Program-made: the position numbers and the translations under genes
From: Lytechinus pictus
Lineage: Eukaryota
Length of the DNA stretch: 64,000 nt
Direction of reading: 5' to 3'
Assembly: GCF_037042905.1 (NCBI RefSeq)
Contig: NC_087251.1
Coordinates: forward strand, 45,572,001-45,636,000
The notes under the pieces: generated by a model
Told to the model about the DNA's origin: nothing
Database searches by the model: none
The model's input: the letters and a program-made list of their open reading frames with translations, nothing else
Shown here: piece by piece, positions 8,220 to 21,400 of the stretch
How the letters are laid out: each line of letters begins with the position of its first letter
How positions within the stretch are numbered: position 1 is the stretch's first letter

Positions 8220-11117
8220 TAGAGAATAGGAGGAAAAGGAGGAGGAATATGATTAGAAGAAAGAGAATGGGAGGAGAAAGGGAAGGAGAGAAGGGGATAA
8301 GAAAAAAAATGATAACAGAAGGAGAAGGAGGAATAGGACAAGGAGAAAGAGAATGAAAAAAGGAGAAGAAAAATAAGAGGAGTAAGGTATGAGAGGAGAA
8401 GATGATGATAAAAAGGGGGAAGAGGAAGAAGAAAACAAATTAAATAAAAAGGAGGTGAAGAGGATGAACAGAATAATTTAGAAGAGATAGAGTGAAGAAG
8501 AGGGAGGAGAAAGTAAACAGGAGTGGAAGAGGATGACGAGAAGGGGACCAGATGTGCACTGACAAAGATTGTGACTTTGCCTTTCAATTTTTATAGAGCT
8601 ATCATCTGTTTTATTCTGTTTGTTTATAATGGTATTTTACGACCAGTCATTATTCTTATGTATAAACAAAACGTCTTCACTTATAAAACAATGAAAGCGT
8701 GAAGCATGAGCTGGACTTTTTTTTTTGGGGGGGGGGGGGTGTTGAAATAGTGACCTGCAAGTTGCCAATTCTTGCCTCCTTATTTTCTTCCATTTCTTTT
8801 CTTCCTCCTATTTTTTTTTCGCCCTTCCCTTTTATTCCCCCTTTTGTTCTCTTTAAACCTCTGAAAATTGGGGGCAAAATATAATTTTGCCCCCCCCCCC
8901 ACAAAAAAAATTCCAGCTACAAACAAGCCAGGCAGTCAGACCAGCATGCTCCAAATTCATGAGTTGTCGGTTGTAATTCTACTGGTTCAAATGTTGAGAT
9001 GGTGTTCAAGAGGAGTTAGCTGAAATTTATGTCAAGAGTTAAAGATTTCAGTTGTCAAAATATCAGATAAAAATAATAAACAGATGTATGTTTTAATTAA
9101 TCCAGAAAGAAAAAAAATCATGACAAAAATGAAAATTTGTAACAGGTAAAAATGTCAGAGGAAGATTTTGTATTTCTCCAAGGCTTCTGTCCACTACATA
9201 AAAATGTTGATTTGAATCAATAGAGAAAAATCAAACAAGAATATAGTGATGAAAATTTCATCAAAATAGGATGTTATAAGAAAGTAAGGACGTTTTAAAG
9301 TTTTGCTTATTTTTCTCAAAACAGTAATATGCACAACTCAGGGATATGCAAACAAGAGTTGATATGTCCCTCACTCACTATTTTTGTTTCTGTTTGAATT
9401 ACACTATATTTCATTTTTTATATATTTGACTATAAGGACCAACTTGACTGAACCATGAAATGTTAAAATAATGATAATTCCACATGTTGCGTGAGGAGAA
9501 AACTTTGTTTCACAGGTAAATAGGAGCAAATTAGAATATTTCATATAATAAAATACAAAAGGAATAGTGACTTCATCAGTCCCCTCATTTGCATACCGAC
9601 CAGGATGTGCATATAACTGTTTTGTGAAATTACGCGAAACTTCAAAATTTCATAACTTTGTTACGTCTGATTTTGATGAAATGTTCAGTGCTACGCTTGT
9701 TGGATTTTTCTCTTTTTATAAAAAAGCAACTTTTTTTTGGGGGGGTGGACTTGTCCTTTAAAGGTGAAGTTCACCTTGAAAATAAGTTGGTTTTGATGAA
9801 GTAGATAAAATTGAGAAAACTATAAGTGAAGGTTTGATTAAAATCTGTCAATGAAGAAGAGATTTATAAAATATTGAAGTTGTGTAAAGTCATTTGCGAG
9901 TAGCTTCCACAGTATCATGTGATATATTTTAACAGCACATAGTGAATAAAAATATTTTTCTTCAATAAGGGGGCGACATATGATGTGTCAAGGAGATATC
10001 ACCTCTAAGAGGTGATATCTCCTTGGTCTAATGATATATCCATTCCACAAAATATGAAATCACTTTCTTTTTTATGTGACATTAAAAAAAAGTTATATCA
10101 CATGACATAAGGAGTTGTCTAAGACATCACAAAATCAAGAGTTTAAAGTTTCTTAACATAAAATCTTAAAAAATATTCATCTCCAGTTTTTCTGATTTTA
10201 TGAAAACAATTTGTTAGGGTGAATCCCCTCTAATGTCAGATAAAGGTTTTTATATGGATCTGCCAAATACTTATAATAGAAATAACCATTTTAATTTTAG
10301 TTATAAAATAAAAAATCTCTATAAGGATTTTATACACAGGTTCATGTGAGACCCATTTTTCATGATTTTGTATAAGGTGTTTTGCAACAGTTTCTAGAAA
10401 AATACATTTGTTTTTTCCATTTCACAGAGATGGTTTCAGGGCCCCGTTGCATAAAAGTTATCATTATGGTAACTACCACGGAATCCTTGATTTAGATTGG
10501 CTGATTAGCATTGTTACCATGGTAGTTACAATTTGATGGAAAAGTTACTATAATAGTAACTTTTATGCAACGGAGCCCTGATATCCCTCTATATTCAGTA
10601 TAGCATTTTTCTGAGGTTAATTGGCACGCAGGTTGTCTGGGACAAAGTCTACAGATTTCTATATTAATTTATTTCATGCCAATTGCTATTAATTGATTAT
10701 GCTAATTTATGCATAATTAGTATGCAAAATCATACTTTTTCCTCTAACTCGATAATTAAAGCACCAAATGTCTACATCTTTGGTGTAGAAACTCTCTGTG
10801 GTGTTCTTAGCAAATGTGCATGAAAAACTTGCGACATGAGATCAATTTCTTAAGCATTATATTGTTTTTTTGCAATTTCTTATGTATTTCTTTGTTTTTT
10901 CTTACTTTTTGTTTTTCATTGTTTTTTTCTGTGAATTTTGTCGGGGACTCTTCTGAAATCATAAATAGCATTAAATAAATCCATTTAGACCAGCAAAACT
11001 GAAAATAATCATACATTTATGATTTTTGGTTGAAAACACAACACGAAATCACATTCTTGAGCAATTTTTGGTCTGAAATGCACTTACAAAAATGTTACGT
11101 AATTTCAGAACCGCGTA
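8220..11117 (+). repeat. Tandem duplication copy 2 (uninterrupted, empty LINE site at about 9002-9008)
   Basis: Aligns by eye with 1376-2128 and 6077-8219, with scattered substitutions and indels. Confidence 0.9.
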
Positions 11118-11267
11118 CCCGGGCGATGCAAATTTGGTCTCAAAAGATGTGCAAGACTTGAAAGTAAAAAGTCAGTCAGTGAGTGGCGCGGTCAAAAAAA
11201 TTTGCATGGTGAAAATATTGCGCGAATCATTGGGGGGGGGGGGCCTCCAAGGCCTAGATTGAGTTAA
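10605..11267. mobile_element. Right part of a non-autonomous DNA element ending ...gagTTAA (piggyBac-like end); truncated copy at about 7733-8219
   Basis: Copy 1 stops at the duplication breakpoint. Copy 2 continues to poly-G ggcctccaaggcctagattgagttaa. Confidence 0.4.
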
Positions 11268-11969
11268 AGCATAAGGTTGTTTAGCATGAAGTTTATTGAG
11301 GAAAGAATTTTATTTCATGTTTATTTCATTGAAATGATTTAATTTTAGTGTAAGGTTTTTAGTATTTCAAGGTGGTTTAAGTAGAAGTTTTTTAAAAATA
11401 TAATGTGTCTGTATGTACAAGGTTTTGAAGCATATGTAAAACTTAAATCCATATGCTGAAAAAACCTTATACTTACAGCTTTATATTTATTGCCTAATGC
11501 TGACAAAATTACAGGTATAAACTTGTGCGGAATAACATATGCATTAAACTTAAAATCTTCTGCTTTAAAACCTTTAAGTATGGCATGACATTCTTGGCAA
11601 CGAAATTTGACTTTGGGGGGATATCATGAGCGTGTTTTAAATGAAAATAAAACCTTGAATTCATAAAGATGATCATCAAACATTGTAAACATTACAAATA
11701 AATACCATCCGAAAAAATACATTTCATTTCAGCATTTCATTTATTCATTTCTTTCATATTCAGCATACACATGCACTTTAAGTAACAGACAAATCACTTG
11801 TGATTTCACATAAACCATGATTTTCATATGTTTTCCATATATCTTCTTTTTATTTCTTTTCTCACATTTGGAGATGGTTTTCAGACAATTTGATCTACAA
11901 ATCACACATAACTACATCATAATGGTTCATGAGAATAAAAGATTACAGAAAGAGGGTGAAAGGAGACCA

Positions 11970-12488
11970 GGGCCCCGTCTTACAAAGAGTTACAATTGAT
12001 CCAATCAATCGTAACTCTATGGAAATCTATCAGTGTCATAATTTTTCTACAGGAAATGTGCAAAATGTCCTTTGAAAACAAAGGAGAACACACCAAACTG
12101 TCAAGAAATCAATGAATTTATGGATATACATTCATATGTAGAGAATTTTTATTAGCAAACATGCATTTTATGACTTTGCTTGCTTTCCATAGTTGCGATC
12201 AAACGGATCAATCACAACTCTTTGAAAGACGGGTCCCAGGGCCCTGTTTTACAAAGAGTTGTGATTGATCCCATCAACTACAAATATGGAAAGCCAGCAA
12301 TGCCAAAATCGAACACACAAGTGTATTCAAATTGGTTTCTCATTCGATGTTTTGACAATTCAGTGTGCCCCTCGTTGTTCACAAAGGACACTGTGCGGAT
12401 TATTTCCTGTAAGAAAAACTTAGACAATGATGGATTTCCAGTTGAGGTTGATTGAATCAATTATAACATCTTTGTAAGATGGGAACCT
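11970..12488. mobile_element. Two related MITEs back to back (11970-12237, 12239-12488)
   Basis: TIRs gggccccgtcttacaaagagtt/aactctttgaaagacgggtccc and gggccctgttttacaaagag/ctttgtaagatgggaacc. Confidence 0.8.
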
Positions 12489-15213
12489 GGCTTTTCTTAC
12501 AAATATGTCAAATCAATTGCAGTCAATTACAACTTCATGTTATACACAGCTGATATTTTGTTTGTCAAATTGGGGAAGGGCCCATGAAAAATTGAATAAA
12601 TCATGATGTTTTTTATGTTAAAATTTGTAGGTTTTTTTTTACATGAAATTATACCAATTGAAGACGATTATGAGAAGTAGGCACTGTTGTCTACAAAATA
12701 GTTGAGATATCAGAGAGAAAATTGATAAAAATCATATAGGAAATATCCTATATCCAATTCGACACTGTGCTTCTTATTATGAATACATACGATCCGTGGA
12801 ATATTTCATAGAACATATAGTGATTCTCAACCCAAAGTGCTTGCATCTGATTGGCTCAGAGTAAATACGTCAGTAAAACTCACTCATCATTGGTTATTGG
12901 TCATGGTGTTAATAAACTTATTTTATTATGGCAGTATGGTCTAAAGATAATTTTTTTTGAGAAATCTATTTTTCAATATTTATGACCTGGCAAGTAAGAT
13001 AAAAAAAAGAAAATACATGTACATGTTTGGGGATTTTGGTCTGCATCATATCATATTATGAACTACAAAGTGGAAGATTTCATAAATTGTTCCTTGGTAT
13101 GCCATTCCATGGGAGCAAATACTGTCATAAATTCTCTGATTTTTTTATAAAAAATGCAATGATTTTGTAATATTGCTCTGCAAATTAAGTAAAAGAAAAG
13201 AATAAAATCAAACTATAGTTTCTGAAGACTTTCTTTCAACAATACACAAGTTCTGTCACCACTCCAACTCATATACTCAAATGCTTTCTATTTTATAGAT
13301 ATTTTGAAAAAAATATGTACATTTCTCTCGCAATAGTTTCATAATATTCTGCTAAAGCACATATAGAAAGAACAAATATTTACACAACATAATATTGATA
13401 GAAAACAAAAATGGAATTTCACAGGATGTACATAATAAAATATTTCAAAACACATAAAAATGACAAATACAAAAATAATGCTGCCCTGAAAAAATCATTC
13501 ACGATTCAGAATCTATATTTTTTTTCTTCTAAAAATGAAAGCATCGTATCAGGTTGAACGGCAACTTATATGACAAAAAAAATCTTCAATATTTCTTGAT
13601 TTTCATGATTTGGGCTTTTAAATACACATATTATTGGATTTCGAATGGGTAATTTAGGGATCATAATTCGTGATTTGCCTTGTTTTATTTGATGAGAAAA
13701 ATATTTCAATTAATTGGAGTTCTGAAAGAAGTACACATACACATGGCACTATTCAAACTAATACTTGGTAAATTCCTAGACTTAAACCAAGACAAAGAAA
13801 TTTAAAAAAAGGCAATACAGCAAAACCCATCGTGGGCTGACAAGAATTGCGGCACATAAATAACAAAGTCAATCATACTATAAATAATAATGCAAATTGA
13901 AATATTTAAAATGTAAAACTAAAAACACTGGAAAAAAAAATACAGAAGAGGTATACGTGAACAACAAATAAGCAATATTGTCAACAAAATAATTTTAAAA
14001 CACGAATAATAGTAATGGATTGTCAAAGTATTTTGATTGATTGATCAAAAGGAAGGATATGAGCAATCGTTATAATTTTAAACATGGGTAAGTAACTTCT
14101 GAAGGTTTTCATGGCAAAGAAAGACCGAGTGCCAAAGTTTCACCGTATACATGTTTTGGTCCTGAAAAGGACCACCCAAACTCGGCGTTCCGAAAAAAGT
14201 GTTCTTAACATGGCATGAGACAAAGCCATGCAAGCAATTTAGTTAAGATATCTTAAAAGATGAAACAAAGACAAAAATATTTTTCAAAACAAGAAAGTAT
14301 CCCCAAAAAGTATCTGGAGGATAAAAAATTAGCACGGTTAGCACCTAAAAATGTCTTGTGTAGTTCATTAAACAGTCAAAATCATTTTTTCTTTCAATTT
14401 CCATAGATTCCATAGATATAATGAATCTTCTTGATTGTGTATTGATTTCAAAGCGAAGAAATAATTTGTGATTTTAAACTTATATCTTGAAAGCACTCGT
14501 ATCTATTTACCATGTTGGATGAACTTGGAATGGATAGAAAGAAGAAGTATGAACCTCACTGTGTCAGAGTGAAAGTGCGTGCTGGTAACAAATATAATGC
14601 AACTTATACTTTGTTACATTAATAAAAGACAGCCAATTTTTCTCAGGTTTTAGCAAAAATCCTGCTCATCTCCTTACCGGTACTTCCCCTTTTCTGCATT
14701 GGCAAAACAATGTGGGGTGGGAAGGTGTGGAGTGAAATAATGGATTCTTTCCCACAAGTATAACATTTGAAAACAAAATATAAACAAATAATTCATAAAA
14801 AGCATTCACCATGTGCAATCTGAACATGGCTGACTCAGAATATAGAGGAGCAAGCTTTTACTCATACACCATGTACCAACATTCCATAATGTTGACAAAA
14901 AGACTGGCATTGGTTGTAATGGGGTACCACATTCCAAGACAGAATGAATGTGTGTCCTCATGACTCCACATGAATAGAAGAATGAAAGAAGAAGCTTCGA
15001 AGACACTGGCAAGCACAAAGGTTTAGCAATGGTCGTAGCACAAAGGTTTAGCAATGGTCGTAGCACAATGATTGATCACATAGACTACAATACATCATCG
15101 ATCATTAAAATCAAGGATACGATCAATTACTAAGCCTTGTGTTACAGGCCCCAGGTAGGTAGCATACTTGGAAAGCCTCGTCAGGAGAGGAAAAATTTAT
15201 GACAAGCAAAACA

Positions 15214-15429
15214 GGGGGGTGTTTCACAAAGATTTAAGTATGACTTAGAGTCGTACTTAAATACCGAGTTAAGTACAGTATGAAAAGCTTGACCACATTG
15301 GTCAGATCGTGTCATGAGGACGCGCACTACTGCGTATCTATCAATGAGATCGCGCGTTCCATGTAATGTACCCATTGACATTTTTAAGAGCGATTTAAGT
15401 CATACCTAAATCTTTGTGAAACACCCCCC
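15214..15429. mobile_element. MITE
   Basis: ggggggtgtttcacaaagatttaagtatgactta ... taagtcatacctaaatctttgtgaaacacccccc, flanked by cag. Confidence 0.85.
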
Positions 15430-15689
15430 AGGTCATGGAAATAAAATAGCTACACATATTGTTATTGGTAAATCAGTTCCATCAAATTGAATGGATCTAT
15501 CTATTTGAAGACATTGGTTCTTTCTTGTTTATATACTACATGATATAATAACTCTCTGGTGTGGAAATGTATATCATTACAAGGTGAACTATATTTTGTT
15601 CCATCATTGATACCATACCATAATGCATATGCTGATTAATACAATAAATTACCGATTGGTCCACATCTGCCTTTCCTACTTTCTGTTTC

Positions 15690-16015
15690 GGTGTTTGGTC
15701 TCACCCAAATTAATCCAATCCTAATTTGTCTACAACCTGTTTATCTACTATTCATTTGGTCTAATTGCCATTTAGCCCTGTTACCATTTGTCTAATTTCC
15801 GTTTAGGCGAGATACTTATTTAATCCAATATCCGCTTGGTCTAATGACACTTGGTCTATATGGTAAAATCAAGTGTTTATGAACCAAATTATGGAGCGGA
15901 CATTAGATTACAAGGGCATTGGACTAAATGAGAAATAAACTAAGTGGGTATTAGACTAAACGTGGTGTAGACCACACAGCAGTTAGACCAAATTGTTAGA
16001 CTAAATTGGTTTTGC
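15690..16015. repeat. Foldback-like element of degenerate short repeats; related half-copy at about 61030-61150
   Basis: Repeated ttggtctaa/ttgtctaa motifs in the left half, their complements ttagacca/ttagacta in the right half. Confidence 0.55.
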
Positions 16016-16500
16016 CCATGTTGAATAAAATTATCTGAGAAGTAGATATACTGCTTGCAGAACGAGTGAAAGAATTAGCCATTCAAGCGGGTGCCGTATT
16101 GAAGGGCAGACATTATCGTAACACGCCCTAGAGTACACAATGAAAATAACAAAACAATTACTGTCTCATGAGATACATTTCACTCTAGAAAATTGTAATA
16201 CTAAACTTATGTGACTTTTAGAAAATCTGAATACCATGATCTATCAAATGGTACATGTCCAAAGTTGTGCAAATCACATGGAATCATCATCAAATTTACT
16301 TTACTGTAAAAGGAGTTGTTTTGCACATTTCACAATAACAATACTTTGAATAGCTTTTTTTTATCTATTAGTCTTTGTCTATATACAACATCTCACACTG
16401 ACATTAATGTAAACTTGCACAAACCAAGACAGATACATAAGTCTTCAGGCCACCTATAACCTATAAAGCTAATTTATATATCTATTTGGTTAGAATACAC

Positions 16501-17262
16501 TCAGACACATCCATATTCATACCACACCGAGTTCTTTTTAGGAGGATCCTTTTCCTTATCCTCTTTAGAGGTTGCTGGTGTTGGTTTTGCTTTGAGAGTT
16601 TTCTCTGTGGCAGAGACGGGGCGAGACTTCGGGAGGGGTACGGGAGGTTTTCCGCTGGGGCCCTTGGTCTCTGCATTGCCAGCCGTTTTAGCCGGTGACC
16701 TTCTAACGTTAGAAGGGCTGGAATCCGGAGAACCAGCTATGTTGACGAGACGTAACCTAGCCTCAAGGTTTGCCAGGTTCTCTTTGGTCAACATGTCTTT
16801 TCCTAGAGGGCTCAATTGTTCGCTGGACTTGCTCATTTCCCTTGCCGCATTTTCAATGGGGATTGACTTGGCTTTGATGGGCACATTGTCAGGATAGTGT
16901 GGCTTTGGCTTTATCACCTTTGTACTCCCTTGGGAAGGTAAGGCATATGAAGCAGATGACTGAGATTTGTTGTCCTCCCGGGAATTCTGCTTGGTGTACG
17001 GCCGTGCCGTGTACGCAGATGAACCCAAAGCACCCTTACTACCGGGGACAGGCTGTTTCTCCCGCTTCGGCGATCGGACAGTGACGATCTCCTCCTCCTC
17101 ATCGTCCAGAACTTCAAACTCCACATCCTTGACAGTTCGCTTGCTGCTGTCGTTGACCGAATGAAGATCTCGTGTTACGGACGCCTCGATGGAATCCTCC
17201 GATCCGTACGTCTTGTGGGGTGCCGTTGCGACGGGGCCATCGACCTCAGTTGCTTGAGGGTG
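16501..17262 (-). CDS. CCDC88C: CCDC88 last coding exon (HPQATEV...NSVWYEYGCV*)
   Basis: Strong acceptor attccttccctgcag|CAC, phase 0. 762 nt to TGA. Ends in the Daple-type PDZ-binding motif. Confidence 0.9.
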   Translation of the reverse strand, partial: HPQATEVDGPVATAPHKTYGSEDSIEASVTRDLHSVNDSSKRTVKDVEFEVLDDEEEEIVTVRSPKREKQPVPGSKGALGSSAYTARPYTKQNSREDNKSQSSASYALPSQGSTKVIKPKPHYPDNVPIKAKSIPIENAAREMSKSSEQLSPLGKDMLTKENLANLEARLRLVNIAGSPDSSPSNVRRSPAKTAGNAETKGPSGKPPVPLPKSRPVSATEKTLKAKPTPATSKEDKEKDPPKKNSVWYEYGCV

Positions 17263-18327
17263 CTGCAGGGAAGGAATATAAAATGGAGGAGGTGCTATAG
17301 GTGGGTGTGGTCCTTGTTGTTGTTGCAACAAGTGAAACAAGCGAGACTTGTCAAAGAATATCATTTCAATCATTTTCTGTCATGCTGACATGCAAGATGC
17401 ATCCGAAAGTGCAACAAAATCAGCAAGAACCTTTCCCCTCAGAAAATGCACCTAAAGCTACCTAGCATTCCAAGTACCTTCTTAATCCTAATCTGAGCTT
17501 GGGACCATTGCATAAAGAGTTGCATTTGGGCACAACTAAAAAACATCAAACACAAGTCCCTAATATGCACTTTTTTGATTCATTAAAAATAAAATTGTGT
17601 TTGATATTTAGACTTGCGTTTGAATGCAACTCTTTGAGCAACGAGCCCAAGTTCACCCTACTAAGTTTGTCACGGATAAAACATAAATGCTGATCTATAG
17701 GAGTTGTGTGATCTAATCAGACATCTATGCTAACTACGCTACAGTAACAAGTTTCCTGTACTTGTCATGGCAAATGACTACTCACTGACATCAATAACCT
17801 TGCAAAAACAAAAAGAGAAAAGTGATACATCATAAATGAGCATTCTAAAAGAAAAGACAATGTGAAGGACACAAATCTAAAGAAATGGTTCACTGGATCA
17901 CACATAGATAACTTTAATTTAAGGTTCACTGGAGTTCATCGTAGCTGAAAACATTCAAATGGTCTTACGCAATAATGGTCCTGGCCTAATAAAGAATAAT
18001 TTGTTTCTACCAGACTAAGAGGTGAGATATTCTGCTAAAAGTGACTGAACCCTTAAAGGAGCGATCACAAATTGCCAGTTACTCGTATATGGTGATTCAC
18101 TGCAGTTTGCCCCCCCCCCCCAAAAAAAAAAAAAAAAAAAAGTTTGATGCAATCAAAGCCCTTTATTACAGAATTCTTTGGCCAATTCTTTTTCAATGGG
18201 TAACAGCAAGGCACGTATTGCTATGTTAGGCAAATATAATTTTAAAATAAAAATTACAAAACCTTGTACTAATACACTGCAAGGGAATTTGCTAAACTCT
18301 CGGAATGAAGGACTTCATCCAACTTCA

Positions 18328-18484
18328 GTGGCCTGTTGCATAAAACTTTTTACCTGAGAAAACTCTGGTAAAAACTGAAAACTAAGGTTAGTCTGATTTC
18401 TGCCATTGACTTTAATACTGGGCAAAAACTCCGGTAAAAACAATCTGAGTTTTCTCAGGTAAAAAGTTTTATGCAACGGGCCCC
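18328..18484. mobile_element. MITE
   Basis: ggcctgttgcataaaactttttacctgagaaaactc ... gagttttctcaggtaaaaagttttatgcaacgggcc. Confidence 0.85.
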
Positions 18485-21400
18485 AGGGGCCTTCTAACTA
18501 AACCTGCGATGTGTAATCGTCCTTCACCGCTAACAATGACCCATCACTTGTTTGCACTGGACCATTGTAACACAGGACCAATTCAATGCTTTCACATGGT
18601 TTGGGACACAACTTAAACTTTGAAAATGAAGACACATTTAAGCTGCAGTAACACCCATGAAACCGACTCGAAACTGACCAATAGTTTGTCGATGGATAAA
18701 ACATACCATAACATCTTTAGTCGGTCTGGAGTTTGTTTTACCGGTGAGACCGAGGTATTATACAGGTTAGATGAATCTATTAAACTACTGCTATCACTAC
18801 ATAACACAGAGACACAAGTAGACTTGGCACATGCAACAAGTTAAACAACACAGGAGCCATGCAGGATAAGCACAGACGCCACCAAAGGTGCAAAAATAAA
18901 AATTACGCTTGGAGCGACACATCTTTAATTCCATTAGGGAAAAAAAAGGATAAGGAGATACCAAAGCAATACAAGTAAACAAGTTGTTATAAAATGTCAA
19001 AACATAAATGTATATGAAAAATATCTCGCTTATTTCTGACCTTCATTTACACGATCATGCTTCTAACTACAATATACAGGTCTGTACATGATGGTGTTTG
19101 GTCATTTTTATCTTGAATTTAAAACCCTGTATCACTTATTGTTTTTACATATCAAACACATCTTAGACATCAGGATTTACTGTAAAATACCTTGGAATAA
19201 GAATACAAAATTTATCATAAAATTTATGATGAATTTTTATTACCGGTACTAGTACAACTTTGTTTTACATTGAGTAGGTATCATTTCATCTATTTTCATC
19301 ACAATAATATCTCCCATTATGATTATTTATGATTGTCAAACTTTCCTACAATCAAGTACTATGTATGTCGCATTTCCCTTAAATGTTACATGTACTTATG
19401 AGTAAAAATTACAGGATAAGTTAAAACTTTGTGAAAATTATCACCGATTTATTCTAATTTTCATATCATTCTGAAGATCATCTATAATAGTCTTCTTTGT
19501 TCAAATAATATTGCACTGTTATATGTTGATGGTTGTGGTTCATGCATTGCGAATGTTGATATTATTGTATTAAGCAGTTTAATTAGGGTGCAAGCAGAAA
19601 CGTGCATGATGAAGAAGACATACGGAGATACCTCAATAAGAAATCGTGCAATTCATATCCCAAAATCAAAATCACACACACCAAGAAGATAGACATAAAA
19701 ATCTCTTTATTCAAAAGTACAGTTTTAGCTATATGTTGAGAATTGAGCAAGGAAATAATGCATGAATGATGCCCGAACCTTGCTTCTATAAAATACAATA
19801 AAAGATTACAACAAAGATTTATAATACTTGAAATTTCTATAGTGCATAATAATCAGTAACGACACTCTATGCACTTTATGCTATCTATTTATCTATCAGA
19901 CATAATATTTCTAATTCATGCATAAATTTTGAGAGGTAAATACATGGTAAACTGTACTTTTGAATTCAAGAGCAAATGAAATGCACACGGAGCTAGAATA
20001 AGCAGGATATTTGGGTATTATTGGGGTAAAAAAAAAAGGAACTGAAAGTCACACGGTACACAAGACATCAAACACAACAAAACGATGCAATGTCTGACTT
20101 TAATTTGGTGCAAGTTTATTGGTCAACATGTGAATATGTTGATAAGTCTGTTAGTACACACACATAAATGGGAGCTTTCATTGCTAAATGGGATGGATAT
20201 CTTACAATGTAGCTGTCTATTGCAATGGGCATATTCTAAGGAAAATTGTCTATTATCTTTGTATCGATACATTATAATAAAATTAATTCTGAAAATTCCT
20301 TACCCCCTACTTATTTTAAGAGATAAAAAATATTTCTAATAAAATAACTGTGGGTTTTAAAAAAAATCATAATCAATAATAAAAAAGAATGGCTGGATAT
20401 AAATTTCAAACAGCTCTTACAATAATTTAGCTCACACTCAAACAGTTTGGCTTCAATATTGAAATTTTGAATGTAAAATTATGTTGTATATGACAAAATT
20501 GAATTATTCATTGAAAAAAAATAAATTGATTGCAATATGTGCATTTCAGAAGAATGATCCTTTGAATGACTGTATTTTTTTTAATTTCACTTATCTAATA
20601 TCGACAATAAATTTTTAAAATCAATACTTAAATAAAAAACGGGGTATTTTTTCCAAAATTTCAGCCAAGTTAAAACCTTCACATTTCTTTTTTTTATCTT
20701 AAGACTGCTCATAGGAAGTTGCAAATGTATTTTTGAATATAATAAGATAAAAAGGACTTCTTTCCATATCACAAAGATGTTATCTAAGTTAACTTATTTA
20801 CAATAAGAATACTACATAATCAAAATTTGTTTTTCACTGATATATGTTTTCATCCTCACTAGGTTCAAAGATATATTCTCTAAGAAAATATTTACATGTA
20901 CATATATTACATTCTCAAATTTACAACACACAATTTTCTGCAATTCCTGAAATGTACACTAAAACAAATAATTCATGGCAGAGATTAATTTGGCAAATGA
21001 GAATTAAAAAATGCTTATTCACAAATAATGTTGGTCTTTTATATCTTAATGATGAAACAGTATATAAAAAATATCAGTGACTCTCACATTTTAGAAATGT
21101 TGTCAAATTGAAGATTTAAGATACATGTAGATGGGTATAAAATGCCACACTTAGAAATAAAAATGATGAATAAATCAAATCTCAAAATGTAATTAAGAAC
21201 TGAATGGCAATGAACTATGAATAACAGCAACCATGTCATACGCATAAAAGGAAGTTAAGGTGGAGTGCATATGAAAATTGCTACGAATCTAAACGTTCAT
21301 TATTATTTATACGGTTTTGATGATTATCAAGTGCCAATTTCATCTCTTCTTTAATATTATGAAAATTTTATTCACTCTTCGAGAAATCATTCCAAAATTT

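Noticed and set aside
15690..16015. Spaced short repeats resembling a CRISPR array (also 51940-52070)
   Set aside because: Repeats are degenerate, irregularly spaced and switch orientation; eukaryotic context; no cas genes.
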